A stretch of 64,000 nucleotides of DNA from Planctomycetota bacterium (GTDB taxonomy: Bacteria; Planctomycetota; UBA8108; SXIK01). The position numbers were made by a program, and so were the translations under genes. The notes below the pieces were generated by a model. It was not told the DNA's origin. It ran no database searches and was given only the letters and a program-made list of their open reading frames with translations. This document shows positions 11,638 to 21,559 of this stretch, piece after piece. The DNA lies in contig OZ244999.1 of assembly GCA_965223265.1 (NCBI GenBank), positions 8,896,001-8,960,000 on the forward strand, given 5' to 3'. Each line of letters opens with the position of its first letter. Position 1 is the stretch's first letter.

Positions 11638-12786
11638 CTATAGGTACGTCTTTTCGCGCCATGCGGCGGCGATTTCACGCCGCAGCGGTGAGTCATTGAC
11701 GAGGCCGCACACGGTCTCCAGTACCGTTTCGACTCCCTGCGTGGCGAGGAGACGCTGCAATCGCTGGGTGCCCGTATCCGACGAACCCGAGTAGTCAAGC
11801 GCCGCGGCGATCGCTCGAGCGTAACCCACGGGCAGAAGGCCGTGCTTGAAGCATAGTTCTGCTGGCCCGACCAATCGCTCTTGGCTACCGAGCTTGCGGA
11901 GCGAGTCCCTCGCGTTTCGCTCGAGAGTGTCCTCCAAATCGGGATCACGGTATTTTTCGAGCGCCAGCGCTTGGAACTCGGCGTGCTCTTCCGAGTCAAA
12001 GCCACATTCCTGAACGAGGCCGTGCGCGGATTCGGCCATCACTTCTCTGATCAACTGCTGCATGCGTGGCGCGTTGGACGCTTCGTGCAGGAGTCGGTGG
12101 CCACGAGCGTAGCCAACGTAGGCAATGGGCCCGTTCAGCCCGTTGAAGGTGAAGATCTTGCGCCTTAATTCGTTGGCAAATGAGGACCGCGGTGAGAGTC
12201 CCTCAATGGGCGGGAGAGGGTCGACGATGGCGTCGGCGTCGGCCGGCAGGGTCCACCAGTCGCTGACGCGCACGAGGAGAGGTTCGTCGGGGCGGGTGTC
12301 CGGTGGTGTTGTCATCGCTGTCCGCAGCACGATCGTCTCGACGATCCCGAGGCTGCCTCGGTCGATGAAGTCGCACGCTGCACTGGAGCGTTCGTGCACC
12401 ACCTCCCGGATTCTCGTGGCCGGCTCTAGTGTGTTCTCGCAAACAAACCAATTGAGCGGTTGGCTTCGGTCGCGGAGCGCATCGGCGATCGTCGCAGCGG
12501 CACTCTCAACGTTGCGGGCGCCGACGCAGGAGAAGAGAACGTCAGTCACCGCGCCGAGTGTCGACACGACTGCTAACTCGGATGTGTGGTGTGCGCTCGC
12601 CACTGGGATCGACTCCGACGCCGCATTGCCGGCGACTGCGATGTCATAGGCGCGGTCACGATTCAGTCGGTTCACAACGTGCTCGTCCGCATCGACGAAG
12701 TGAAGGGCGAAGCCACTGCGGTGAAGAAGGTGTCCGACAAAGCCGCGACCGATCCCGCCAGCGCCGAAAATCAGAGCCTGTTTCAC
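11638..12786 (-). CDS. Mannitol-1-phosphate 5-dehydrogenase-like polyol dehydrogenase (paralog 2)
   Basis: FGAGGIGRGF, VCEN, RKIFTFN, D..ERNARDSLRKLGSQERLVGP. Confidence 0.82.
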   Translation of the reverse strand: MKQALIFGAGGIGRGFVGHLLHRSGFALHFVDADEHVVNRLNRDRAYDIAVAGNAASESIPVASAHHTSELAVVSTLGAVTDVLFSCVGARNVESAAATIADALRDRSQPLNWFVCENTLEPATRIREVVHERSSAACDFIDRGSLGIVETIVLRTAMTTPPDTRPDEPLLVRVSDWWTLPADADAIVDPLPPIEGLSPRSSFANELRRKIFTFNGLNGPIAYVGYARGHRLLHEASNAPRMQQLIREVMAESAHGLVQECGFDSEEHAEFQALALEKYRDPDLEDTLERNARDSLRKLGSQERLVGPAELCFKHGLLPVGYARAIAAALDYSGSSDTGTQRLQRLLATQGVETVLETVCGLVNDSPLRREIAAAWREKTYL

Positions 12787-14261
12787 AGCTTCGCCTCGCG
12801 CAGTCGTGTGAGCTGTTCGGTAACGCCTGAGTGATTTGACTGCAGCTCGAGGAAGACCTCGTAAGCGCGATCGTAGGCCGCGCTCCAGCGAGGGTCCGGC
12901 TCGACGATGGTCGATGTCGGGGTCGGAATCTGGTCTGGATCGCCCTCTGCGGAGATTCTTTGCATGTGACGAATCAAACCGAGGAGGGCGAACTCAGCGT
13001 CTTCGTATACTTCAAGAGTGACCTTGAGCACGGCAGCGCGAATCTGGTTCTGAAGCGCATGGCGCGCACCACCCCCGGCGATCTTGATGCGCCGAGGTGG
13101 TGTGCTCGGCAGCTCATCGAAGAGTTGCCGTTTGCCGTAGGCGATTCCTTCGAGGAGCGCGCGAAAGAGATGTTCGCGCCTGTGGTGCGTGCGCAGGCCG
13201 ACAAACGATCCCGAAAGGGCGTCGTTCCAGAGCGGTGCCCGCTCACCGCTCAGATACGGCTCAAACAGTAACCCCTCGCTCCCCGGCGGCACCCCCGCGG
13301 CGGCGCTATGAAGGCCGGCGGCGCCGTCGCCCGCGCCGAACCGGTCGACGAACCAAGCCACGGTACTGCCTCCCGCGCTCGTGCTGCCGTAGTGGATCCA
13401 GCCTTCGCCTTGGCGCGTACGCATAAGGCGCGTCGGAATCGGGTGCGTGTCGGCCAGGTAGATGCCGGAGTTCTCCGAAGTGCTGGCCAGCATGAACCCT
13501 TCGCAGTCGTCGAGCTGCATGCCGACGAATCCCGCTGTGCGATCCGCCAGCCCGGGATAAACATAGGTGTCACTCGGCAGCTTGATCCCGTCGAAGGTCT
13601 TGTACGGGTCCCTCAGTTTCGCGGCAGCCTCGGCAATCTCAGGGAGCTGTGAGCGTGCGGCTCCGATATACGCCAACATCTCGTCGGCGTAGTCGAGGGT
13701 GTCGTTGTTGAGGATGCTGACCTGACCCGAGTAGTGGGTGTGAAAGGCGCCGGTCAGCAGATGGTACACGTAGTCGTGGACCTGGAGGACTTTGACTTCC
13801 CCGGAGACGCGGCCACCGAATCGATCGTGAATCATGACAGCGAGCCAGTTCGGTACGACCGGTAGCGTTGTGCCGAGGATCTCACGGTCGCGGCCACCGG
13901 CGAGAAACTCGCGCAGCGCGGGCACGCTCGCGCGGGAGGTCGTGTCCATCCAGATCGGGAACTCGTCGTATTCGAGGCCCGCCGCGGGTTCGTTCCAGAC
14001 GATCAGACTTGAGACATGACCGCAGAGTCCAACGTGTAGCGACGACACGCGCTCGGTAGAAACCACGTGAGCGAGCTGGACGAAAAGAATCCGGAGCGCA
14101 TCGACTGTCTGTTTCGCGCTGCAAGTGGCGCCGCCGCCGCTCGTGACCTGAACCTCGTTGGGCTGCGGAGTGAGCAGCCGGAATGCTCCTCCTGGGAGAA
14201 GCACACTGCCCTTGATGCTCGTCGTGCCGATATCGAATGCCGCGAAGGCCTCTCTGCTCAT
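12783..14261 (-). CDS. FGGY family carbohydrate kinase (xylulokinase-like)
   Basis: FDIGTTSIKG, IWMD, PYLSGERAPLWN, RALLEGIAY, AGGGA; start set at MSREAF, 10 bp after upstream stop. Confidence 0.85.
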   Translation of the reverse strand: MSREAFAAFDIGTTSIKGSVLLPGGAFRLLTPQPNEVQVTSGGGATCSAKQTVDALRILFVQLAHVVSTERVSSLHVGLCGHVSSLIVWNEPAAGLEYDEFPIWMDTTSRASVPALREFLAGGRDREILGTTLPVVPNWLAVMIHDRFGGRVSGEVKVLQVHDYVYHLLTGAFHTHYSGQVSILNNDTLDYADEMLAYIGAARSQLPEIAEAAAKLRDPYKTFDGIKLPSDTYVYPGLADRTAGFVGMQLDDCEGFMLASTSENSGIYLADTHPIPTRLMRTRQGEGWIHYGSTSAGGSTVAWFVDRFGAGDGAAGLHSAAAGVPPGSEGLLFEPYLSGERAPLWNDALSGSFVGLRTHHRREHLFRALLEGIAYGKRQLFDELPSTPPRRIKIAGGGARHALQNQIRAAVLKVTLEVYEDAEFALLGLIRHMQRISAEGDPDQIPTPTSTIVEPDPRWSAAYDRAYEVFLELQSNHSGVTEQLTRLREAKL

Positions 14262-14271
14262 GTTGCCCACT

Positions 14272-15465
14272 TTAGCAGGATCGATCGCCGGGCGCATCCG
14301 CGCCGGCGTCCCTTCGAAGCCGGCGCAGATAGAGAGCGAGAGGTTCTTCGCGTTCGAGTCCGCAGACTTCGGAGAGTATCTGCTCGAACGATCGATCCGC
14401 GCTCAGCGGCGGCTCGCCGCGCGACGCGAACTCCATGGCCGCAAAGATGGCACACGCCAAGGCGCGCGGTTCGATTCCATGTTTGAGCGCCAGCCGCGCC
14501 GGGCCGACGAGGCGATCGTCTCGGCCTAACTTGCGGCGCGGGTTGGCACCGTTGCGCGCCAGCGGGTCCGGGATCGCGGGATTCGAGAATTTGGCCAGCG
14601 CTCTCGTCACCCACGAATCCTGTTCGCGTTGATCGAACCCGAACTCGGCGACCAGCGCGTCGCTCGCTTCCTTGGCAGCCTTCACCGCCGCGTCGCGAAT
14701 GATCGGGTCGTTGGCGGCCTCGGCGAGAAACTGTAAGCCGCGCCGTGCGCCAACGTAGGTGATCACGGCGTTGATGGCGTTGTACGTGTAGAGCTTGCGA
14801 ACGAGCTGATGTTCGAAGTTCGGTTGCGGGCGCAGGTCGCCGAGATCCTCTGGCGGCGAGCCGCGAAACGCCGTCGCGTCGCACGGTAGATCGAAGAAGT
14901 CCTCGGCGCGGACGGTGAGAGGCGAGTCACCGTGCGCTGGACCGATGCACGTCTTCAGCACCATGGCTTCGACGAACCCGACATTGCGGTCGACGGTGGC
15001 GCGGAGGCGCGCGTCACTCGGGAGACTCTTCACGACGCTCTCTTTGAGTGTGCACGCTGCGTCCTTGAGGTTTTCGCAGGTGACCACCTGAAGAGGACTG
15101 ACTGCGGCGTCCTTTCGCCCGTAGCGCGCCGCCAGGGCCTTTGCGATGGATCTTCCGAGTCCCGGCAAGTTGTCGCCAAAGACCGCCGTAAAGCAGATGT
15201 CGGCCGCGTCGAAGTCGCGCTGCCACGGTGGTGTTCCTGCCTCGACCGCATCGAGCTCGTAGGCGGCCGCCGAGGAGAGCTCGACGCGTCTCGGAGGCGA
15301 GGACAGCACTTCCACGTCATACGACCCTGCAGCGCGAAGCTGCGCAATGACGCCCGCATCGCGGTCGACGAGCACGAATTCCCGCCCCGCTCTCGCCGCC
15401 ACGTGCGCCAGGAAGCCGCGCCCCGTGCGGCCGGCGCCGAAGATGATGAGCGGCCGAGCTGTCAT
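14272..15465 (-). CDS. Mannitol-1-phosphate 5-dehydrogenase-like polyol dehydrogenase (paralog 1)
   Basis: Start MTARPLIIFGAGRTGRGF overlaps MFS stop (ATGA); TCEN, RKLYTYN, RRKLGRDDRLVGP. Confidence 0.82.
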   Translation of the reverse strand: MTARPLIIFGAGRTGRGFLAHVAARAGREFVLVDRDAGVIAQLRAAGSYDVEVLSSPPRRVELSSAAAYELDAVEAGTPPWQRDFDAADICFTAVFGDNLPGLGRSIAKALAARYGRKDAAVSPLQVVTCENLKDAACTLKESVVKSLPSDARLRATVDRNVGFVEAMVLKTCIGPAHGDSPLTVRAEDFFDLPCDATAFRGSPPEDLGDLRPQPNFEHQLVRKLYTYNAINAVITYVGARRGLQFLAEAANDPIIRDAAVKAAKEASDALVAEFGFDQREQDSWVTRALAKFSNPAIPDPLARNGANPRRKLGRDDRLVGPARLALKHGIEPRALACAIFAAMEFASRGEPPLSADRSFEQILSEVCGLEREEPLALYLRRLRRDAGADAPGDRSC

Positions 15466-16808
15466 CGCTTGGGAACGATCTCGCGGTTCGGGTTGATGAA
15501 GAGCCAGCAGAGTGCCGACGCGGCATAGATCGCACAGAACACGACGAGTACGAGGTCCCAGCGCTCGCTGCCATAGTGCAGTGTCGTCGTCTGGACGAAC
15601 CGACCGATGAACCACGGACAGGCCGCTGCACCGAGATTGCCGCACATGTTCATGGCGCTATAGACTTTCGAGACGTGCGCGCCGCCGACATCGATGGTGG
15701 TCGCGATCGAGGGCGGCGCAGCCATCGCCTGGAAGAAGGCTCCACCGGAGACGAAGAACATCGCCAGGGAGATTCCTGGGCTGCGGTACGCAGCGTAGAT
15801 ACTGATCGCTGCCAGGAGCGTAGTCGTGACCGCCATCCACTTGCGGCTGACGCGCCGGCTGTGCGTCTTGCGCCAGAGGGCATCGCCGATCATGCCGCCG
15901 ATGACGCCGCCCACAACGACAGATCCAAGGACCAATGCAGACAGATAGCCCGATTGTTCGGTCGTGATGCCGTGGGTCTTTTTCAGATAGGTGGGAAACC
16001 AGGTCGGAAAAAAAATGTAGCCGGCGGCACGAAAGAACTGCTGTCCGCAGATGAGCCACATCGTTGGTTTTGAGACGAGGATTCCCCAGGCGCCTCCCTG
16101 TTCATCTGCGACCGTTGACGCCTCATCGGTGCTCCCGTGTGCCGATTGGTCACTTCGTATCAGGTCACACTCTGCGTCATTTACGGCGGGGTGCTCTTCG
16201 GGGCGATCCCGAAACCAGGAGTAGAAGAGCACGGCCCAGACGGCACCGGGGATGCCGAGCAGCATGCACACGTTGCGCCAATCCAAGCCGATCTTCTCAC
16301 TCAGGAGCCAACCGGTGAGGGTCGTCGCCGCGAGTCCGCCCAGCGACATGAAGCTGGTGAGCGAGCCACCGGCAAGCGACCGTAGTGACGTCGGGAGCCA
16401 CTTCGAAAACGCTAACACCGTGCAGGGGAAGAGGCCCGCTTGGCCGACGCCGACGATCGCGTAGGCCAGTAGCAAGCCAAAGAACCCGGCGGTCACTCCC
16501 ATGAGCGCCGTGGCTCCAGCCCACACCAGCGCGAGGATGAGCAGGGCACGCCGACTGCCGAGCCACTCACCAAGCCAGCCTCCGGGAATCTGAAGCAGAG
16601 CGTACGGCAGAAAGAACGCGAGGCCCATGATCAGCCCCATCTGCTCGTGGGAGATCTTCAGATCGCGTTCCACATCCTCCGCGGCAACGCCGAGGATGTT
16701 GCGGCTGAGGTAGGCGATCGACGCACCAAGGCAGAGTGCCACGATGACTTTGTAGCGCCCGCGCGTCGGCGTTGACTGCGGCTCGGGTGTGAGGCTTGGA
16801 TCGGTCAT
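15462..16808 (-). CDS. MFS transporter (anion:cation symporter-like)
   Basis: About 12 hydrophobic segments; YLSRNIL, QIPGGWLGEWLGSRR, FRDRPEEHP, TWFPTYL, MNMCGNLG. Confidence 0.88.
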   Translation of the reverse strand: MTDPSLTPEPQSTPTRGRYKVIVALCLGASIAYLSRNILGVAAEDVERDLKISHEQMGLIMGLAFFLPYALLQIPGGWLGEWLGSRRALLILALVWAGATALMGVTAGFFGLLLAYAIVGVGQAGLFPCTVLAFSKWLPTSLRSLAGGSLTSFMSLGGLAATTLTGWLLSEKIGLDWRNVCMLLGIPGAVWAVLFYSWFRDRPEEHPAVNDAECDLIRSDQSAHGSTDEASTVADEQGGAWGILVSKPTMWLICGQQFFRAAGYIFFPTWFPTYLKKTHGITTEQSGYLSALVLGSVVVGGVIGGMIGDALWRKTHSRRVSRKWMAVTTTLLAAISIYAAYRSPGISLAMFFVSGGAFFQAMAAPPSIATTIDVGGAHVSKVYSAMNMCGNLGAAACPWFIGRFVQTTTLHYGSERWDLVLVVFCAIYAASALCWLFINPNREIVPKR

Positions 16809-17053
16809 GAAGTGCGTACTCTCAGCTCTTCCGGGCGCATCTCTGTTCGGGCGAGGTGCAGCGTTACCGGCGCGGAGGCGACATTGTGCGCTAGCGGTTG
16901 AGAGAACTCACGGGATTCTCGCAAGACCCAAGCAGGCACGCGGCTCCCCCCGTCGTCCTCGCACCGTCGTGGGCACGACGCGAACTCGCACTTGAGGTGG
17001 GGGGCCGCCGCCGCGAACCGCAGGCGAGTTGTGCGCGAGTCTTTGGAAGCGCG

Positions 17054-20000
17054 TCAGAGCTCGCAGTTCGACTGCTCACAGAACGCGCCATCGACCTCGC
17101 GGCAATCGCCAACGTCGATGCCCGCCGAGCCTTCGTCACCGATGTAGAGGCGATTCAGAAGGCCGACCGCGTCGGCGAGGTCGACGAGGCCATCTGCGTT
17201 CGCATCGCAGCTGTCGTGGCACGTGATCGCGCGCGTGCCGCGAAAGAGGTTTTCGAGCGTCATGATGGCGTCGCTCAAGTTGACGGCGCCATCGCCGTTA
17301 CAGTCGCCAGCGCGCGAGTTGACATCTTGAGGTGGACGCAGCGGCAGGACGCCAGGCGTGCCGCCGGGCTGCTCTGAGTCACGCCACGCCGGAGCCAGAT
17401 CGTTGTCGCGCTGGCGGTGGACGTCTGTCAGCTCAAGGCTGTGACCGCGCCCGGACGCAAGCTGCGGCCACGGCGCCGCGCCATCGTAAAGGAGAAAATC
17501 AACAGTCGCCGGGAAGCCGGGGCCGGCGTCGCGGACGCGGAGGGTCTCACCGTCATTGGCTAGATTCCCAGGGTAGGGACCGAAGACGCGCGCCGACGTG
17601 GTGTGGTTTTGCCGAAAGACTTCGGGATCCTTAGCGAGGACGATGACTTCGTCGACGTCCACCGTCGTTCCCTCGGGGAAGAAATACTCGCTGCGCGAGC
17701 CGTCGTCTTCGGTGCGCCCGAGTCCTTTGATCGTCCACCCCGAGATGTCGACGCTGCTTCCCGTATTGTTCCATAGCTCCAAGAACTCCCCGTCCTCTTC
17801 AGGGCCGACGGGGTTGTACATGAGCTCGGTGATCTTGAGACGGTCCGGGCGCGTAAATCCGTCCTCTTCCAGTCTCCTAATGATGAACTCTCGACGCTGT
17901 GCCATGTGATCACGTAGGAGCTCCACGTGCGGGCCGAATTCGATCGGAAAATCCGGTTCGAGATGAAAGAGCGACCGGCCCCAAAAGTCGAAGTCGAGTT
18001 GCTGCTCTTCCCACAGGAGGTCGCGGAGGAATCCGAGCTTGTCGTTGACGACTTCCGCGTTCAATTTCTCCTCGACGGCGATCCAAAGGCGCGCCGCATA
18101 GGCGCGTCGATACCAGCCATCGCCGAAGCTGAACACTTGACCCAAAAGCCGCATTCCCGTGCCGGCGAACGGATCGGGACCGGGCGTCCAAAGGTTATCG
18201 TTCAGCGGTCCATCGAATGCTTGGTTGAACGTCTTTCCAAAGCTGAGATCGAGGTCCCAGGGCAGCAGACGCCATTTGTCTTTCTTCAGGTCATGAAAGA
18301 AGAAGTGGTTTTTGAAGGTGTAGTCAGTGTTGCAAATCAGCGAATGCGTGGCTTGGAATTCAAGCGCCGCATCTTCCTCGATAAACGTACGAATGAATTC
18401 CCCCATCTCCTCGGGCGGCGTCGTGTCGAGTCGCTCGACGAACTCCTCGATGTCGCTCAGGTCGCCGTCCTCGTTCGTCTCCTCTTCGAATCCACCGTTC
18501 GACTTGTAAAGGTTGCCGTCCGGGTCGAGCCCAGCACGGGCGAGAAAGCGTTGATCCGGATGTTCCATCGCTGAGTAGAGCCCGAAGTACTCGCCGTTGA
18601 CGTGGAGACGTATATAGTCATGCGTCGAGGCGGGATAGTTCATCTCGCGAAACATTCCCCACGCCAGGTGCTCCCTCATCAGGACCTTGTCGGTGACCAT
18701 GCTCTGGAAGTTCAGCTTGCGCTGTCCTTGAAAAAACCGTCCACGCCGAAAGCGGATCTTAAATGGGCGTTTTGCGACACCGCGGCTGCAAATCGATTGT
18801 CCGCGTGCACGGATGTCGACATTGGGAAAGAGATCGCCTTGGAACGCAAACGCGCCGGGGTTGAACCGCACACAGCTCAGACGTCCGAGATAGCGCTGCG
18901 GCGCAGCATCGCGGTTAGGATCAAGAATGACGTTGTAGAGTGGGAACGGGGTGTCCGGCCTGAGATCATTGACGTAGTAACCACGCACTCGACTCGGGTC
19001 TGTCGCGAGTGGCTCGACGCGTGTGCCGCTGGTGCCTTCGGCGACGATGCGGAAAATCACGCGACTGCCATGCGGTTGAGGTGGAACCGACGCGCCGTAA
19101 ACACCGTCATTCGGAGCGCCGTCATTCGACGCGCCGTCATCCAGCATGACCACGTCGATCGTTTCCGTTTCGTTGACGCGATAGCGCAGCGTCACCGCAT
19201 CAATATCGCCGCCGCGGACGCGGGCGTTGATCCAGGTCACGTCCTGTGAGGTCGGCTCTTGCGGTATGCGGTGGAGCTGGTCGACCATCGGTGGCGGGTC
19301 GGCCTGGATGAAGCTGTTCTCCGCCCCCGGGCTCAGCAGCTGCTGGCCGTCTCCGAGCTGCCAAAACACGCCACCGTTTGAAGTCGAAGCCTTGAAGATT
19401 CTGACGACGAGATCCGGCATCCCAACGACGTGGCGGTAGTCGAAAGTTAGCTGGTACATGGCTTCGCGCGTGTCGAGGGCTTCGACTGTCGTCGTGCTGA
19501 CGCCGTCAGACGCTGAGCTGCCACGCGCAGTGGCAGAGACGCGCAGCGCGGCGCTGCCGTCGGCGCCGCCGTCCTCATCGACGCCGCTGAAAGCGTGGGA
19601 ACCCTCAGCATTCCAGCCGTCAAGTCCCGCCGAGAAGTCGCCGTTGGCGATGAGGTTCACACCCGGATTAGCGACGTCAACGAGTTCGACATTGTCGATA
19701 AGGAATTCCGCGTCGCCCTGGGCGTTGAAGAGGAGATCACTCGAATTCGCTCTGCCGGTCACAGTCACAGTGTGCCATCCCTCGAGCGCCGCCGTGCGGT
19801 GCACTTGCCAGTTGGCGGGATCGTCCGAGATGCCGCGCGGCGCGATGCGCTCAAGACTATAGCCGAGGCTGTCGGCTGCCGCGGGCCAGCCGCTGTGATC
19901 GAGGTAGCGCACCGAGTCGACGAAGTTTTCTTCGGCATCAACGAGAGTCAAGCGTTCGCCTGAGTTGGAAAGTTGACCAACGAAGTCGCCCACGGTGTTG

Positions 20001-20794
20001 GTGATGCCGAAGAGCTCCCGCACTGCCGCTTGGTTGCGGCAGACGACGATCGTGCTACCCGGTTCAAGCAGCGTGTCCGCGGTGAATTCGAACTCGAAAC
20101 CATCGGCAAACGAGTAGCCCTTCAGGTTGACAGCCGCGCTCGTGTTGTTGATGAGTTCAACGTACTCCTCGTCAACGTCCTTGGCGTTCGGTGGGTGGTA
20201 ATGGATCTCGTTGATAGCGATCGCTGGGGCCGGCAGACGGTCCGGCGGGCACTGCACATTCGCCGTGGAGGCAAGGGGGGTCGGCGCGGCGGCTGTCCAG
20301 TTGGCCGGAGTGCGCGCCTCGAACGTCGTGCATAGGCGCTGCAGGGAGCTCCCCTCTCCGTCGGCCGCCGCAGGCCACGGCGGATCGTCGTCGTAGCGCA
20401 GTTCGTCGGCAACGCGCCCTGCGGCGTCGAGCAGCTCCAAAGGCTCGCCGCCGTTGTCGAGACTGGACGAGTGGTCCCCCAAGACCTGCGCGACGTTGAG
20501 ACCGAACGCCTCTGCGACGGCGGCGCGGTTGCGAGCCACGACGACATAGCCTTGGGCCGGGATCAACGAACCGACAGGGAATTCGTAGCGCAGCCCGCTG
20601 CCGAATCTCCAACCCCCAAGGTCGATGTCGACGGTGAGCGGATTGAAGAGTTCGACAAACTCGAGGTCCTTGCCGGCGTCAGGGTTGTAGTGAATCTCGG
20701 TGATAACAACTGCCGGCAGCATGTGCGTCGAGAGCACAGCCGCAATCGTCGCCACGAGCATCACCGTTCGCAGTTCCCTCCGTCCCGTACTCAT
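17054..20794 (-). CDS. Secreted lamin-tail-domain / CotH kinase protein with C-terminal dockerin
   Basis: Three LTD starts (VVITEIHYNP, IAINEIHYHP, LKITELMYNP); NGDF carbohydrate-binding-like segment; CotH motifs VNGEYFGLY, NLYK, LPWDLDLSFG; dockerin GDCNGDGAVNLSD...DANADGLVDLAD; SD GGAGAAAGG before ATG 20794. Confidence 0.85.
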   Translation of the reverse strand: MSTGRRELRTVMLVATIAAVLSTHMLPAVVITEIHYNPDAGKDLEFVELFNPLTVDIDLGGWRFGSGLRYEFPVGSLIPAQGYVVVARNRAAVAEAFGLNVAQVLGDHSSSLDNGGEPLELLDAAGRVADELRYDDDPPWPAAADGEGSSLQRLCTTFEARTPANWTAAAPTPLASTANVQCPPDRLPAPAIAINEIHYHPPNAKDVDEEYVELINNTSAAVNLKGYSFADGFEFEFTADTLLEPGSTIVVCRNQAAVRELFGITNTVGDFVGQLSNSGERLTLVDAEENFVDSVRYLDHSGWPAAADSLGYSLERIAPRGISDDPANWQVHRTAALEGWHTVTVTGRANSSDLLFNAQGDAEFLIDNVELVDVANPGVNLIANGDFSAGLDGWNAEGSHAFSGVDEDGGADGSAALRVSATARGSSASDGVSTTTVEALDTREAMYQLTFDYRHVVGMPDLVVRIFKASTSNGGVFWQLGDGQQLLSPGAENSFIQADPPPMVDQLHRIPQEPTSQDVTWINARVRGGDIDAVTLRYRVNETETIDVVMLDDGASNDGAPNDGVYGASVPPQPHGSRVIFRIVAEGTSGTRVEPLATDPSRVRGYYVNDLRPDTPFPLYNVILDPNRDAAPQRYLGRLSCVRFNPGAFAFQGDLFPNVDIRARGQSICSRGVAKRPFKIRFRRGRFFQGQRKLNFQSMVTDKVLMREHLAWGMFREMNYPASTHDYIRLHVNGEYFGLYSAMEHPDQRFLARAGLDPDGNLYKSNGGFEEETNEDGDLSDIEEFVERLDTTPPEEMGEFIRTFIEEDAALEFQATHSLICNTDYTFKNHFFFHDLKKDKWRLLPWDLDLSFGKTFNQAFDGPLNDNLWTPGPDPFAGTGMRLLGQVFSFGDGWYRRAYAARLWIAVEEKLNAEVVNDKLGFLRDLLWEEQQLDFDFWGRSLFHLEPDFPIEFGPHVELLRDHMAQRREFIIRRLEEDGFTRPDRLKITELMYNPVGPEEDGEFLELWNNTGSSVDISGWTIKGLGRTEDDGSRSEYFFPEGTTVDVDEVIVLAKDPEVFRQNHTTSARVFGPYPGNLANDGETLRVRDAGPGFPATVDFLLYDGAAPWPQLASGRGHSLELTDVHRQRDNDLAPAWRDSEQPGGTPGVLPLRPPQDVNSRAGDCNGDGAVNLSDAIMTLENLFRGTRAITCHDSCDANADGLVDLADAVGLLNRLYIGDEGSAGIDVGDCREVDGAFCEQSNCEL

Positions 20795-20868
20795 CGGCCT
20801 TTCTCCAGAAGTTCGCGGAATTGTTGCCTCATGACCCGTTTCGGTGAAATCGTTCCCGACCGGCACCG

Positions 20869-20877
20869 ACTATACCA
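20869..20877 (-). promoter_or_regulatory. Candidate extended -10 promoter (TGGTATAGT) for the CotH/dockerin gene
   Basis: Minus strand reads TG-G-TATAGT about 75 bp upstream of ATG 20794. Confidence 0.4.
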
Positions 20878-21391
20878 TGAAAACCCTGCACAGGAGGCCG
20901 TCAGATCGCCGTCGCGTGCCTGCCAGTCCGCGAGTTGAGCCGGGGTTTTTCGTCTCCAAAGCATCGATGGCGCATGGCTGTGACGAAAAATGCCGGAATT
21001 GTTTGTAGCAATCGTCGCGCTCACACGTCTTGAGAGGTGAGTTCGCTGGAAAAGCTGCATCGGTGACGATAGAGAGAGGAGCCATTCGTGCACTTCCGAA
21101 CGAGTCGACGCTTCGTATCGAAAATGTGGACACGTCAATCGCTTCGCGTACTGTCGCGCATTGGCGCGGTCTTGAGGCGAACGCGCGAACAATGGGCTGC
21201 CGGTCGGGAGGAACTCCATAGCGCGCGCCGCTTCGGCTCGAAAGACTCTCCCGAAGTGGACCAGATCAAGGGCCTTGCCTTTGTGCCCCTTCGCGAGCTT
21301 GCGGTTGATCAGGGAGCCTGGAGACGTCAAGTTTCGTCAGCGAGGTGACACAAGGCGGCTGTCGTGCCGCGAGTTTTTTGGGTCCTCTCCG

Positions 21392-21456
21392 GCACTAGCG
21401 GTGAGCACTAGCGGTGAGCACTAGCGGTGAGCACTACCGGGCAGCACTACCGGAAC
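21392..21456. repeat. 13-bp tandem repeat, GCACTAGCGGTGA x3 plus 2 degenerate units
   Basis: Exact copies at 21392, 21405, 21418; degenerate GCACTACCGGGCA and GCACTACCGGAAC follow. Confidence 0.9.
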
Positions 21457-21559
21457 TTGAAAGCTTGCATGACTTGCCGCTGGATCCGAGCGATCGTACT
21501 CTTTCGAGAGGGGGAGCGACGCTGTGGGTCTCTCTGTGGCATCGGAACGTCTATTGGCG

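Noticed and set aside
21392-21456. Possible CRISPR array
   Set aside because: 13-bp units are contiguous with no spacers; no cas genes seen.
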